DNA from: Candidatus Versatilivorator sp.
GTDB taxonomy: Bacteria > Acidobacteriota > Terriglobia > Versatilivoradales > Versatilivoraceae
Assembly: GCA_965262635.1 (NCBI GenBank)
Contig: OZ253547.1
Location: 3,445,514 to 3,509,513 of the forward strand
Reading direction: 5' to 3'
Length of the DNA stretch: 64,000 nt
This document shows, in pieces, positions 46,350 to 56,230 of this stretch (the first letter of the stretch is position 1; each line of letters starts with the position of its first letter). The notes below the pieces were generated by a model. It did no database searches, was not told the origin of the DNA, and was given only the letters and a program-made list of their open reading frames with translations. The translations under genes were made by a program, and so were the position numbers.

Positions 46350-49300
46350 ATGCCGACCGACCACCGCGAACGCCTCGCCCGCATCCGCCGCTTCGACCAA
46401 CTCGTGGCATACCTGCGCGACGAGCTGGGCTGGCCGATCGACTCGGACGACTTTGAGGAGTTGACCTTCGAGTACACCCCGGAGGAGCTCGGGATCGACG
46501 CGAAGAACGCGGCCAAGATCCAGGAGATCAAGCGCCTGCGCCCGCTCGTGCCGGGCCAGCCCTGGGGCATCTTCTTCGTCAAGTTCGAGCCGAAACGGCT
46601 GCCCGTGGTGGCGCTGCGCCGCATCCTCAGCCAGGTGGCGCTCAAAAAGCGCGCCACGGCCAACAAGTCCGAGCGCCAGGCTTGGGCCGCCGACGACCTG
46701 CTCTTCGTCTCCAACTACGGTGAGGGCGAGGAGCGACGCATCGCCTTCGCGCACTTCTCGAAGCCCCGGGACAGCCACGACCTGCCCACCCTCAAGGTAC
46801 TCGGCTGGGACAACCTCGACACGCCGCTCCACCTCGACGCCGTCGCCCGCGAGCTGAGCGCGCACCTCGCCTGGCCCGACGACGAGGACGACCCCGACGC
46901 CTGGCGCGAGCGCTGGCGTGCTGCCTTTACACTGCGCCACCGCGAGGTCATCACGACCTCGAAGGAGCTCTCCGAGCGCCTGGCCGAGCTGGCCCGCTCG
47001 ATCCGCGACCGTATCCAGACGGCGCTCGCCATCGAGACCCAGGCCGGCCCGCTCACCCATCTCATGAAGGCGTTCCAGACCGCACTCGTCCACGACCTGG
47101 ACGAGGCCGGCTTCGCCGACATGTATGCCCAGACCATCGCCTACGGCCTGCTCTCGGCCCGCATCACCGACCCCACGCGGCGAACGGCCGACGACCTCGT
47201 CGCCCACGTGCGGACGAACCCATTCCTAAAGGAGCTGTTGGAGACCTTCCGCCACGTGGGTGGGCGCCGCGGCAAGGCCGGCGGTCCAGGCATCGACTTC
47301 GACGAGCTGGGCGTCTCCGAGGTGGTGGAGATGCTCGACCAGGCCAACATGGAGGCGGTGGTCCACGACTTCGGCGACCGGAACCCCCAGGAAGACCCGG
47401 TCATTCACTTCTACGAGCACTTCCTTGCCGCCTACGACAAGAAGCAGAAGGTGAGCCGGGGCGTCTTTTACACCCCGCGCCCGGTGGTCTCCTACATCGT
47501 GCGCTCGGTGGACCAGCTCTTGCGTAGCGAGTTCGGCCTCACCGACGGCCTCGCTGACAACACCACCTGGGGCGAGATGGCGAAGCGCCACAAGGAACTG
47601 AAGATCCCGGAAGGCACCTCGCCGGCGCAGGCCTTCGTCCAGATCCTCGACCCGGCCACCGGCACGGGCACCTTCCTCGTCGAGGTGATCGACCTCATCC
47701 ACAAGACGATGGTCGAGGAGTGGAAAGCCCAGGGCCACGGCGACAAAAAGATCGATGCGCTCTGGAACGACTACGTCCCCAAGCACCTCCTGCCGCGCCT
47801 GCACGGCTACGAGTTGCTAATGGCGCCTTACGCCATCGCGCACCTCAAGATCGGCCTCAAGCTCTTCGAGACCGGCTACCGGTTCGAGAGCGACGAGCGA
47901 GCGCAGGTGTACCTGACGAATGCGCTCGAGCCGCCGGTCGACGGGCAGCTCACCCTCGACTTCATGCCTGCGCTGGCGCATGAGGCTGAAGCGGTCAACA
48001 AGATCAAACGGAAGCAGCGGTTCACGGTGGTGATTGGGAATCCGCCCTACTCAGGCCTTTCCTCGAACATGGGTCCCTGGATCGACGGTCTTCTCAAGGG
48101 CCGCCTGCCAGATGGAAAGGCAACCTCCAGCTACTACCACGTAAACGGCAAGCCTCTCGGTGAGCGCAAGGTGTGGCTTCAGGACGACTACGTGAAGTTC
48201 ATTCGCCTCTCGCAGTGGCTCCTCGACGGCACGGGTGCGGGCGTTCACGGCTACATCACCAACCACGGCTACCTCGACAACCCCACGTTTCGAGGAATGC
48301 GCTGGTCGCTCATGGAGTCCTTCCGCCGGATCCGTGTGCTCGACCTTCACGGGAACCTCAAGAAGAAGGAGGCTCCGCCGGGGGGCAGCCGCGATGTCAA
48401 CGTGTTCGACATCCAGCAGGGCGTGGCTATCGGGCTTTTCACAAAGTCTGCCGCCGCCAGATCTGTCCACCACGCAGATCTGTGGGGCGAACGGGAAAGC
48501 AAGTACAGATGGCTACTGGAGCATGGGTCCTTAACCACCGAATGGGCGCAACTGGAACCAGCTCCACCGTTCTATCTGTTCGAGCCCTTCGACGACGCAG
48601 GAACGGACGCCTACTACGGCTGGCCTGCAATCAGCGAGGTGATGGCCGTCAACGTGACCGGCATCGTCACGGCGCGCGATGATTTCGTCATCGATTTCGA
48701 CCGGGAGGCCCTCCGAGGCCGGATCGCCGACCTGCGCTCGAAGTCACTGTCCGATGATGCAATCCGGAAGAAATACTTCGTCGGGAAGGGTTCGAAGAAG
48801 TATCCGCCCGGGGACTCGCGCGGATGGAAGCTGCCTGCGGCCCGGCGGAAGATCCGTGAAGATGATCAGTGGGATGAGCGGTACGCGCCTGTGCTGTATC
48901 GCCCGTTAGACGTCCGGGAGATGTACTACGTGCCGTGGATGGTGGACTGGCCTCGGACCGAAGCCATGCCACACATGCTCGCGGGGGAGAATGTCGCCCT
49001 GATGGCATGTAGGCAAGCAATCGGTAACGGCTGGAAACACTTACTGGCCACGCGATTGATTACCGATGACTCGATGGTTTCCAATCGAACACGCGAGCGA
49101 GGTTATCTTTTCCCCGTTTACCTCTATCCGGGGGTTGGAAGTGCAGATACATCACTGTTCAGCCGCTGGGCCGAGGGCAAGGACGGCCGCACGCCAAATC
49201 TGGACTCGGGGTTCGTCGAGCAGATTGCAGCCGCCACCGAACTGCGATTCGTCAGCGACGGCCGCGGCGATCTCTGGAAGACCTTCGGCCCCGAGGACGT

Positions 49301-50369
49301 CTTCGCCTACATCTACATGGTGTTCCACAGCCCCGGCTACCGCGGCCGCTACGAGGCCCATCTCAAGCTTGACTTCCCCCGCGTGCCGGTGCCCGGAAGT
49401 GTCGACCTCGTCCGAAAGCTGGCGGAGGCCGGCCATGACCTGCTGGCCCTCCACCTGCTCGAATCCCCGAAGCTCGGTAAGCCCATCACCGCCTACACCG
49501 GCCCCAGGAACCCAGAAGTCGGCCGTGTCGGCTGGTCGGACGGCACGGTCTGGCTCGACGCCGGCAAGACCAACGCCCGCGCGGGCCACCGTGCGACGAA
49601 ACGCGGCACCATCGGGTTCCAAGGCATACCCGAGGAAGTCTGGGACTTCCAAATCGGCGGCTACCAAGTTTGCCACAAGTGGCTCAAGGATCGGAAGGGA
49701 CGCACGCTCTCCGACGAGGACATCGCCCACTACCAGAAAATCGTCGTCGCCCTGAACGAGACCATCCGCGTCATGGCCGAAATTGACGAGGTCATCGAAG
49801 CCCACGGCGGCTGGCCCGCCGCATTCCATACGGCGTCGGAGGCGGATGCCGTATCGGAGTGGACGGCGAAGGTGGTGGCGTTCCGGCCACGCACGGTCGA
49901 GCCCGCGCCCGAGGACCGCTACGTCACCTGCGTGCCGCTCGTCGCGCTAAGAGCAGCAGCCGGCGACTTTGGCGATCCGCAGCATATCGAAGACGACGAT
50001 TTCGAGTGGGTCGCTGTCCAGTCCCGCCATCGTCTGCGCAAGGGCATGTTCGTCGCCCAGGTCGTCGGCAAGTCCATGGAACCCGCAGTCGCCGACGGCG
50101 CTTGGTGCCTATTTCGCGCTCCGGTCGAGGGCACACGCCAGAGCAAGACCGTTCTCGTCCAGCTCCGCGACGCCACCGACCCGGAGACCGGTCAGCGCTA
50201 CACGGTCAAGCGCTACAAGAGCCTAAAGGCGACAGAGGGCGACTCCTGGCGCCACGAGAAGATCACCCTTGAGCCCGTCAACCCGGACTTCGAGCCGATA
50301 GTGCTCACCGGTGTGGACGAAGGCGAGCTGCAGGTAATCGCGGAACTAGTCGACGTGTTGGGGGGCTGA
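46350..50369 (+). CDS. gamma-class N6-adenine DNA methyltransferase (BREX PglX / type IIG-like giant MTase) with C-terminal LexA-type S24 peptidase domain
   Basis: 1339 aa; FYTPRPVV (motif X), [11 protein letters not shown] (motif I), VIGNPPYSG (motif IV). The last ~149 aa (from nt 49920) align with the LexA C-terminal domain: [21 protein letters not shown] (Ser) and TVKRYK (Lys). Confidence 0.85.
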   Translation: MPTDHRERLARIRRFDQLVAYLRDELGWPIDSDDFEELTFEYTPEELGIDAKNAAKIQEIKRLRPLVPGQPWGIFFVKFEPKRLPVVALRRILSQVALKKRATANKSERQAWAADDLLFVSNYGEGEERRIAFAHFSKPRDSHDLPTLKVLGWDNLDTPLHLDAVARELSAHLAWPDDEDDPDAWRERWRAAFTLRHREVITTSKELSERLAELARSIRDRIQTALAIETQAGPLTHLMKAFQTALVHDLDEAGFADMYAQTIAYGLLSARITDPTRRTADDLVAHVRTNPFLKELLETFRHVGGRRGKAGGPGIDFDELGVSEVVEMLDQANMEAVVHDFGDRNPQEDPVIHFYEHFLAAYDKKQKVSRGVFYTPRPVVSYIVRSVDQLLRSEFGLTDGLADNTTWGEMAKRHKELKIPEGTSPAQAFVQILDPATGTGTFLVEVIDLIHKTMVEEWKAQGHGDKKIDALWNDYVPKHLLPRLHGYELLMAPYAIAHLKIGLKLFETGYRFESDERAQVYLTNALEPPVDGQLTLDFMPALAHEAEAVNKIKRKQRFTVVIGNPPYSGLSSNMGPWIDGLLKGRLPDGKATSSYYHVNGKPLGERKVWLQDDYVKFIRLSQWLLDGTGAGVHGYITNHGYLDNPTFRGMRWSLMESFRRIRVLDLHGNLKKKEAPPGGSRDVNVFDIQQGVAIGLFTKSAAARSVHHADLWGERESKYRWLLEHGSLTTEWAQLEPAPPFYLFEPFDDAGTDAYYGWPAISEVMAVNVTGIVTARDDFVIDFDREALRGRIADLRSKSLSDDAIRKKYFVGKGSKKYPPGDSRGWKLPAARRKIREDDQWDERYAPVLYRPLDVREMYYVPWMVDWPRTEAMPHMLAGENVALMACRQAIGNGWKHLLATRLITDDSMVSNRTRERGYLFPVYLYPGVGSADTSLFSRWAEGKDGRTPNLDSGFVEQIAAATELRFVSDGRGDLWKTFGPEDVFAYIYMVFHSPGYRGRYEAHLKLDFPRVPVPGSVDLVRKLAEAGHDLLALHLLESPKLGKPITAYTGPRNPEVGRVGWSDGTVWLDAGKTNARAGHRATKRGTIGFQGIPEEVWDFQIGGYQVCHKWLKDRKGRTLSDEDIAHYQKIVVALNETIRVMAEIDEVIEAHGGWPAAFHTASEADAVSEWTAKVVAFRPRTVEPAPEDRYVTCVPLVALRAAAGDFGDPQHIEDDDFEWVAVQSRHRLRKGMFVAQVVGKSMEPAVADGAWCLFRAPVEGTRQSKTVLVQLRDATDPETGQRYTVKRYKSLKATEGDSWRHEKITLEPVNPDFEPIVLTGVDEGELQVIAELVDVLGG

Positions 50370-50372
50370 GGT

Positions 50373-53300
50373 ATGGTTCCGGAACAGCTCGAACCGCACC
50401 TGGAGCTGCTCCGCGAGGAGTACGTCCTCGTTCAGGCCTGGAAGAAGACCGCGTCCTACATCCGCTACCACAACTGGTTCTCCGACACGCTCGCCCTCGA
50501 CCGCGCGGCCGTGAACCTGCCGGCGTTTATCGGCGAAATCCGTGAACGTCTGCGGTCTTCGGAGAGATGGCAGAACGATCCTCTGCGAATCGTGCCAGCA
50601 CCCAAGAGCCAGCGCTGGAGAGCGCGTGAAGGCGTGTGGGAGCCCGTCGAGAAAAGGGCCGCCTCAGTACGACTTCGACCGCTCGCACACGTCAGTCTGG
50701 CCGACCAGGTGGTAGCGACGGCGCTGATGCTTTGTCTCGCCGACCGTGTCGAAACGCTGCAGGGGGATCCGCGGCGGCCGCTACGTGATCAAGAGTCGCG
50801 ACGGCAGGTGGTCTCCTACGGGAACCGACTGTTCTGCGACGCGATGGGAGGCGAACTGCGCCATCGGTGGGGATCCGCCAAGCTCTACCGTGCCTACTAC
50901 CAGGACTACCGCGCGTTCCTCTCCCGTCCGGAAGTTGCGGCCGAGTCGATTCTCGCAGCCCACGGAAAGCGGGTGTACGTCCTCCATGCGGACCTTCGAC
51001 AATTCTATGACCGCGTGCGCCCAGATCTGCTTGCCGAAGCGATCGACCGGGTCCGCCGCGACGGCGATGATCCGGCGTTCTTCTCTTTGGTGGCGTCCGT
51101 GCTCGATTGGGGTTGGCATCAGCGTGACGAAAGAGACGTCCGAATCTACGCAGAGCAGGCGGAGCTGGAGGACTTCACGCGGGTGGCACTGCCACAGGGA
51201 CTCGTCGCCTCCGGCTTCTTCGCGAACGTCGTGCTTCTTTCGTTCGACGAGGCGCTGCGCGTGGCGATCGGGACCGAGATCGCCCCCGGGATCCTGCTGG
51301 CGGATTCGTGCCGATACGTCGACGACTTACGGATCCTGGTTGCGGTTGCCCCGAACACGGATGGCTCCTCGAATGACCTTGAGAAGACCGTCGCAAGATG
51401 GCTAAATCAGGTACTGGAAGAGAATGCGACCGGCCTAGCCCTGGCCCCCGAGAAGACCCAGGTCGCAGCGCTCGGAGGCGACGAACGACCGCTGGTGCGG
51501 CAGAGCGCGAAGATGAACCGCATCCAGTCGGCGGTGTCGGGGGGATTCGACGGGCTCGGGGGCGAGGAGATCCTCGATGCCATCCAGGGCCTGATGCGCG
51601 CGCAGGAAGCCCTGAGCGTGGGCGACGACAGCGGCTGGCGATATTCCCCGGTCCCGGATGTGCGGGACGAGACGGTCGCCAGATTCGGCGCTGCCCGATA
51701 TCGAACCACGTTCCGTTCCATCAGGCCACTGCTCCAAGACAACGACACACCGGACGAGTCTGAGGTTGGAAGAGGCGATACCCCGCCCGGCGGGCGACTG
51801 CGCGTGGCGCGTACGCGGCGCGAGCTGGACGAGGATGCGAGGGCGTTTGCGCTCGGACTGCTTCAACGGTGGATCGACGACCCCTCGAACGTTCGATTGC
51901 TCCGGATCGGCCTCGATCTCTGGCCGGATGTCGAGTTGTTGCGGGAAGTTCTTTCACTGCTCCGCCCATTCACGGAAACGGGAGGTCGGCGAAAAGCGCC
52001 GAGGCGAGTCGCCTGGTACTGCCTCGCTGAAGTCTTGCGCGCGGGAGCCACGGAGACGGGCCTCGTGGCAGACACCGAATCGCTTCCATCAGAGATCGAC
52101 CTTGAATCCTACCGAGAGGAGCTTGGCAGGGAGGCCGCTCGCCTAGTGGGTTTGCCCGGGCCGACGATTCCCTGGTATCTCCGACAGCAGGCGCTGTTGT
52201 TTCTAGCAGCATGCGATCCCGCCGGAGCGCCCGTTACCCGCACGGGAACCGGATCGGAGACCCGGCACTACCGGGAGCTGATTCGATTTCTGCGCGGTGA
52301 AGGAGAACGCCTCAGGAGTTCGGATTTCGCGACCCTCGCGGTTCTCGCCAGACGTGCGTTCGTAGATCGAGTGCGGGCCGTTGAGTTGGCGCGGCCCGGC
52401 CTCAATCCGTCGCGGAAGCGGCAGCTTGCTCAGAGGGACCCGTCGTTTCTTCTTGAGCTCATCGACACCGAGACGGACGCTCTCCTCGTCGACGACCTTC
52501 CGGCGCGCATCCGTGAGGACTTCTGCCGGGCTTCGGAGAGTCCTGACGGAGACCACGACACGCTGGCCATGGCGGTCCTGAACACGCACCCGAGCGGTTC
52601 TCTTCGCAACGAGCTCTCTCTTCTGCGCTTCGCGATGGCTTTTCTCAGCCAGTGGGAGCAGCAGGAGTTTCCGCCCGAGGTGATCACGCCAGGGCACGTC
52701 ACGCTGATGCTCGGCGAGGACCAGGGGATCGCTGACGTAGAAAGCCTACGGATCCTGGGGAGTCGGGCCGACGCATCGGGCTCCCTGTACGAGGTGGCCG
52801 CGTGGTGCCAAGCCGGTGATCGGTGGCGCTTCCAGCTCGGTTTCCTGTTGCGGTTCATCTTGTCGGGGCAGCCGGACTTCACGCGCCCTGTCTGCAGGAC
52901 GGGCTGGAGAGAGACTGAGTCTTGCTATCGGCCTGCCGAGAGCCACTGGTACCAGCGGTTGTACGGCCTTTACAACGGGCAGCCGGCCTTCGGAGACGAC
53001 TGGCTTCCGATCACGGATTGGGTAGAAGGATTCCTCCTGGCCCTCCTGCGCTGGCCAGGATGCCTTGCTCCGGAAGGGTTCAGTTGGGTCGAGCAGGGCA
53101 TCGAAGAGGCGAGGACGCAGATTGGCCAGAGGATCGCTGATCTCGAGCAGCGCCGCGGTAGCGCTACCCGTGCACTGATCCTGCCGCTGCTGGCCAAACG
53201 ACCGACTGCGACGAACACGAAGAGGCCGTTACGTGCCTGCGTGGTACAGACAGCGATCCCGGCGGCCGACGACTTCCAGCACACAGATTTGGCACTCAAC

Positions 53301-53537
53301 GATTCCGCAATTCGGCGAAGACACCGCAATCACCTGTCGGCAGCGCTCGCGGCCGTGGAACGCATGTTGGCGTTGCGGGAGACGCACAAGGGGAGCGTAG
53401 GGCGGCTCGATTGGCTGATTCTGCCCGAGCTTGCCGTCCATCCGAATGACGTTCGTACTCATCTGGTCCCTTTCGCACGGGCTCACAGGGCAATGATTCT
53501 CACCGGGCTGACCTACGAAGAGATTCTAGTGTACTGA
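50373..53537 (+). CDS. reverse transcriptase domain protein, 5' part of an RT-nitrilase fusion (DRT1/UG1-like), truncated by IS630 insertion
   Basis: RT motifs: VLHADLRQFYDRVRPDLL (motif 2), ALPQGLVASGFFANVVLLSFD (motif 4), CRYVDDLRIL (YxDD) and LAPEKTQV (motif 6). C-terminal LRACVVQTAIP...WLILPELA begins a CN-hydrolase domain. The stop codon is supplied by the IS terminus. Confidence 0.85.
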   Translation: MVPEQLEPHLELLREEYVLVQAWKKTASYIRYHNWFSDTLALDRAAVNLPAFIGEIRERLRSSERWQNDPLRIVPAPKSQRWRAREGVWEPVEKRAASVRLRPLAHVSLADQVVATALMLCLADRVETLQGDPRRPLRDQESRRQVVSYGNRLFCDAMGGELRHRWGSAKLYRAYYQDYRAFLSRPEVAAESILAAHGKRVYVLHADLRQFYDRVRPDLLAEAIDRVRRDGDDPAFFSLVASVLDWGWHQRDERDVRIYAEQAELEDFTRVALPQGLVASGFFANVVLLSFDEALRVAIGTEIAPGILLADSCRYVDDLRILVAVAPNTDGSSNDLEKTVARWLNQVLEENATGLALAPEKTQVAALGGDERPLVRQSAKMNRIQSAVSGGFDGLGGEEILDAIQGLMRAQEALSVGDDSGWRYSPVPDVRDETVARFGAARYRTTFRSIRPLLQDNDTPDESEVGRGDTPPGGRLRVARTRRELDEDARAFALGLLQRWIDDPSNVRLLRIGLDLWPDVELLREVLSLLRPFTETGGRRKAPRRVAWYCLAEVLRAGATETGLVADTESLPSEIDLESYREELGREAARLVGLPGPTIPWYLRQQALLFLAACDPAGAPVTRTGTGSETRHYRELIRFLRGEGERLRSSDFATLAVLARRAFVDRVRAVELARPGLNPSRKRQLAQRDPSFLLELIDTETDALLVDDLPARIREDFCRASESPDGDHDTLAMAVLNTHPSGSLRNELSLLRFAMAFLSQWEQQEFPPEVITPGHVTLMLGEDQGIADVESLRILGSRADASGSLYEVAAWCQAGDRWRFQLGFLLRFILSGQPDFTRPVCRTGWRETESCYRPAESHWYQRLYGLYNGQPAFGDDWLPITDWVEGFLLALLRWPGCLAPEGFSWVEQGIEEARTQIGQRIADLEQRRGSATRALILPLLAKRPTATNTKRPLRACVVQTAIPAADDFQHTDLALNDSAIRRRHRNHLSAALAAVERMLALRETHKGSVGRLDWLILPELAVHPNDVRTHLVPFARAHRAMILTGLTYEEILVY

Positions 53538-54690
53538 CATCTAATTAATATTTAATAATGATGATTCGATGCTATAGTATGGGGCATGGCCCGTCCGATT
53601 ACAGTCCTCAAGCTCACAGCCGGTGAACGTCGAGAGTTACAGCGCCGGGTTAGTTCCAGCACGAGTTCGAAGCGCGATAGCTTGCGCGCCGAGATTGTCC
53701 TGCTCCGGAGCGAAGGGGTCAAGGTCGAGGAAGTGGCTGAACGATTGAACGTCAGCTTGCCGTGCGTCAGCAAGTGGTCGAGGCGCTTCCAGCACGCCGG
53801 CCTGGACGGCTTGAACGACAAAGCGGGACGGGGACGCAAACCGTGGGTGCCCATGGAGACAGTCGAACAAATCATCGTGAAAGTGACCCAGCCGCCACCG
53901 GGACGGACGCGATGGAGTTTGCGCAGCATGGCGAAGGAAGTCGGCGTCTCGCGCCACACGGTCCACACGATCTGGAAGCGTAACGACTTGAAGCCTCATC
54001 GCACGCGTACATTCAAGCTGTCGAAAGATCCGAAGTTCGAGCAGAAATTCTGGGATGTCATCGGTCTCTACCTCCATCCTCCCGAGAAAGCGCTCGTGCT
54101 CTGCTGTGACGAGAAAACCCAGTGTCAGGCTCTGGAACGCAGTCAGCCGGGATTGCCCTTAGGAATCGGCCACATTCGCACCCGAACTCATGACTACAAG
54201 CGACACGGCACCATCACCTTGTTTGCGGCTCTCAACTACCTGGACGGCAAGCTGATCTCCCGGACTGAACAGCGGCACACCCATGTGGAGTGGTTGCGTT
54301 TCCTCAAGCAGATCGAACGGGAAACACCCAAGTCGCTGGCCATTCACCTCATTGTCGACAACTACAGTACTCATAAGCATGAACGTGTCCGCCGTTGGGT
54401 CGACCGTCATCCACGCATCCACTACCACTTCACGCCGACCGGGAGCTCCTGGCTGAATCTTGTCGAACGCTTCTTCGCCGATCTCACCAGCGATGTGATT
54501 CGCGACGGCAGCTTTCGCAGCGTCCCCGAACTGGTTCGCGCCATCGAATCCTATCTGGCCGACCGCAACGCGGATCCTCAACGCTACACATGGCATACAA
54601 AAGGCGAAGCAATCCTCGCCAAGATTCAACGAGCCAAAGAGGCTCTGGCCAACGTTAATTAATTAAACCCATTTCAATGTCAGGACACTA
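53529..54690 (+). mobile_element. IS630-family insertion sequence (1162 bp) with imperfect terminal inverted repeats GTGTACTGACAT / ATGTCAGGACAC and TA target duplication (53527-28 / 54689-90)
   Basis: TIRs match 11/12 positions. Excising 53529-54690 restores one continuous reading frame across the nitrilase domain. Confidence 0.85.
53586..54662 (+). CDS. IS630-family (Tc1/mariner-like) DDE transposase
   Basis: 358 aa; N-terminal HTH, DDE triad region ...DNYSTHKHE... and IS630-typical C-terminus. Confidence 0.9.
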   Translation: MARPITVLKLTAGERRELQRRVSSSTSSKRDSLRAEIVLLRSEGVKVEEVAERLNVSLPCVSKWSRRFQHAGLDGLNDKAGRGRKPWVPMETVEQIIVKVTQPPPGRTRWSLRSMAKEVGVSRHTVHTIWKRNDLKPHRTRTFKLSKDPKFEQKFWDVIGLYLHPPEKALVLCCDEKTQCQALERSQPGLPLGIGHIRTRTHDYKRHGTITLFAALNYLDGKLISRTEQRHTHVEWLRFLKQIERETPKSLAIHLIVDNYSTHKHERVRRWVDRHPRIHYHFTPTGSSWLNLVERFFADLTSDVIRDGSFRSVPELVRAIESYLADRNADPQRYTWHTKGEAILAKIQRAKEALANVN

Positions 54691-55287
54691 GCGGGGCAAC
54701 CGCTCGTCAACTCAGCCCTGTGGGTCATTCCGGAGTGGTCGGACGCCTACGGGCTGCAGATCAAGACTCGCCGTCAGGGGAAGGCCCATCTCGCCCCGAA
54801 TGAGCAAGCGTTCAACGGTGGTGGGGCGCACGTTCTTCAGGGATTCCGGCCCTGCCAGTGGTTGATCGGCTATCCGTGGTCGAGTGCGGACGGTACCCAG
54901 CCCGTCTGGCTCACGGCAGCGGTGTGCTACGACGCGACGGACCTCGGCTTGGCTGCGGATCTCAGGGATGTGTCGGATGTCTTGGCGATCCCGGCGCTCA
55001 ACAAGGACGTGAAGACGTTCGACCAAATGGCGTTGGCGCTGCACTACCATATGTTCCAGCTCGTGGTCGTCGCCAATAACGGCCAGTACGGCGGGAGCAA
55101 CGCATACTGGCCCCGGAGCAATGCTCACATCAGGCAGGTCTTCCACACCCACGGGCAGCCGCAGGCTTCGATCGCGTTCCTCGAAATCGACGACATCGGC
55201 GCGTTCCTGAAGCGCCACGACGTGTCGGGAGCCAACGCCGACAACTGGAAGCATCCCCCCGCAGGTCTGAACATAGCATCGCCGTGA
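54691..55287 (+). pseudogene. 3' remnant of the RT-nitrilase gene: C-terminal half of the CN-hydrolase (nitrilase) domain
   Basis: In frame with 50373..53528 once the IS is removed. Contains catalytic-Lys block RRQGKAHLAP and catalytic-Cys block AAVCYDATD. Confidence 0.75.
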
Positions 55288-55647
55288 GGTTGGTAGTGAC
55301 AGGCTTCGCCGCCGGTGCCCGCCGCCTACCGGCCCACCACGTCACCATCCGCGTTCCGTGGCACCACAGGGGCTGGGCCGGAACGGTGTGTGCGCGGCCG
55401 CTGGACAACTCGAGCTGCCTCATCCTGCCCCGCATCGACGCGGGGGGATATGCCGCTTAATGGGGGCGGCTTCGTGCAGGGACTTGATGGAGTATCGCCG
55501 GTCTGGCTGGTAGGGTTTTGCAACACCCTTGAGGCTCACGGACTATGCCCGACATCCTGCGCCGGCGCAATGAACCATGCGGGTTAACTTATCGACACGA
55601 CTTGAAACACCCCCCTCCCCGCGCGCTGAGAGGGGGATAGCGGAAAA

Positions 55648-55675
55648 GCAAGCGTGTCTCCCTCTCCACGCTTGC
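55648..55675 (+). terminator. candidate stem-loop (GCAAGCGTG-N10-CACGCTTGC) downstream of the RT-nitrilase gene
   Basis: Perfect 9-bp inverted repeat; no obvious U-tract. Confidence 0.25.
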
Positions 55676-56230
55676 CCGTCCACACCGTTGAAAGCCTGAG
55701 AGGCATTGGCCCGACCCACCACACCTGGTAGGCATTTGCCTTCTCCCGGCCTTGCAAATCCGTTTGATCCAAGCCGACATTTGGGCCGAATCCAACCTTA
55801 GGCATTGCCCAAATACCTCGCTTGCCATAAAATTTCCACCAAAAGGGCCCTGCACGGCAGCCTATGAAATTGACCCCTATGCGGGCCAAAGGGCAATTGT
55901 CAGAGCATCCTTTTTCCCAGTAACCTCAGTCTGTCGAACCCACACGCCCTAGGTGGACACAGCCAGTAGGCTATCCCGCTCAGGCGACTGTGTAAAAAGG
56001 AGTCTAACATAAAGCTACCGCATGTCAAGCGTTTTTGTACCGTATATGCAAAATAAACCTGACCCCTGAGCGATGAGTTCTAGCTACAATTCTGAACTCG
56101 GCTGAAGCCGCCATGGTGGACGGGAGCCTGACAATTCTGCGAGGCTCTCGTAGCGCTCCCGTGGAGTCCGTCCTGAAATATCTCCTGCGGGCCTGGGAAG
56201 AAATACTTTGGGACGAAAACCCCGAGCCGG

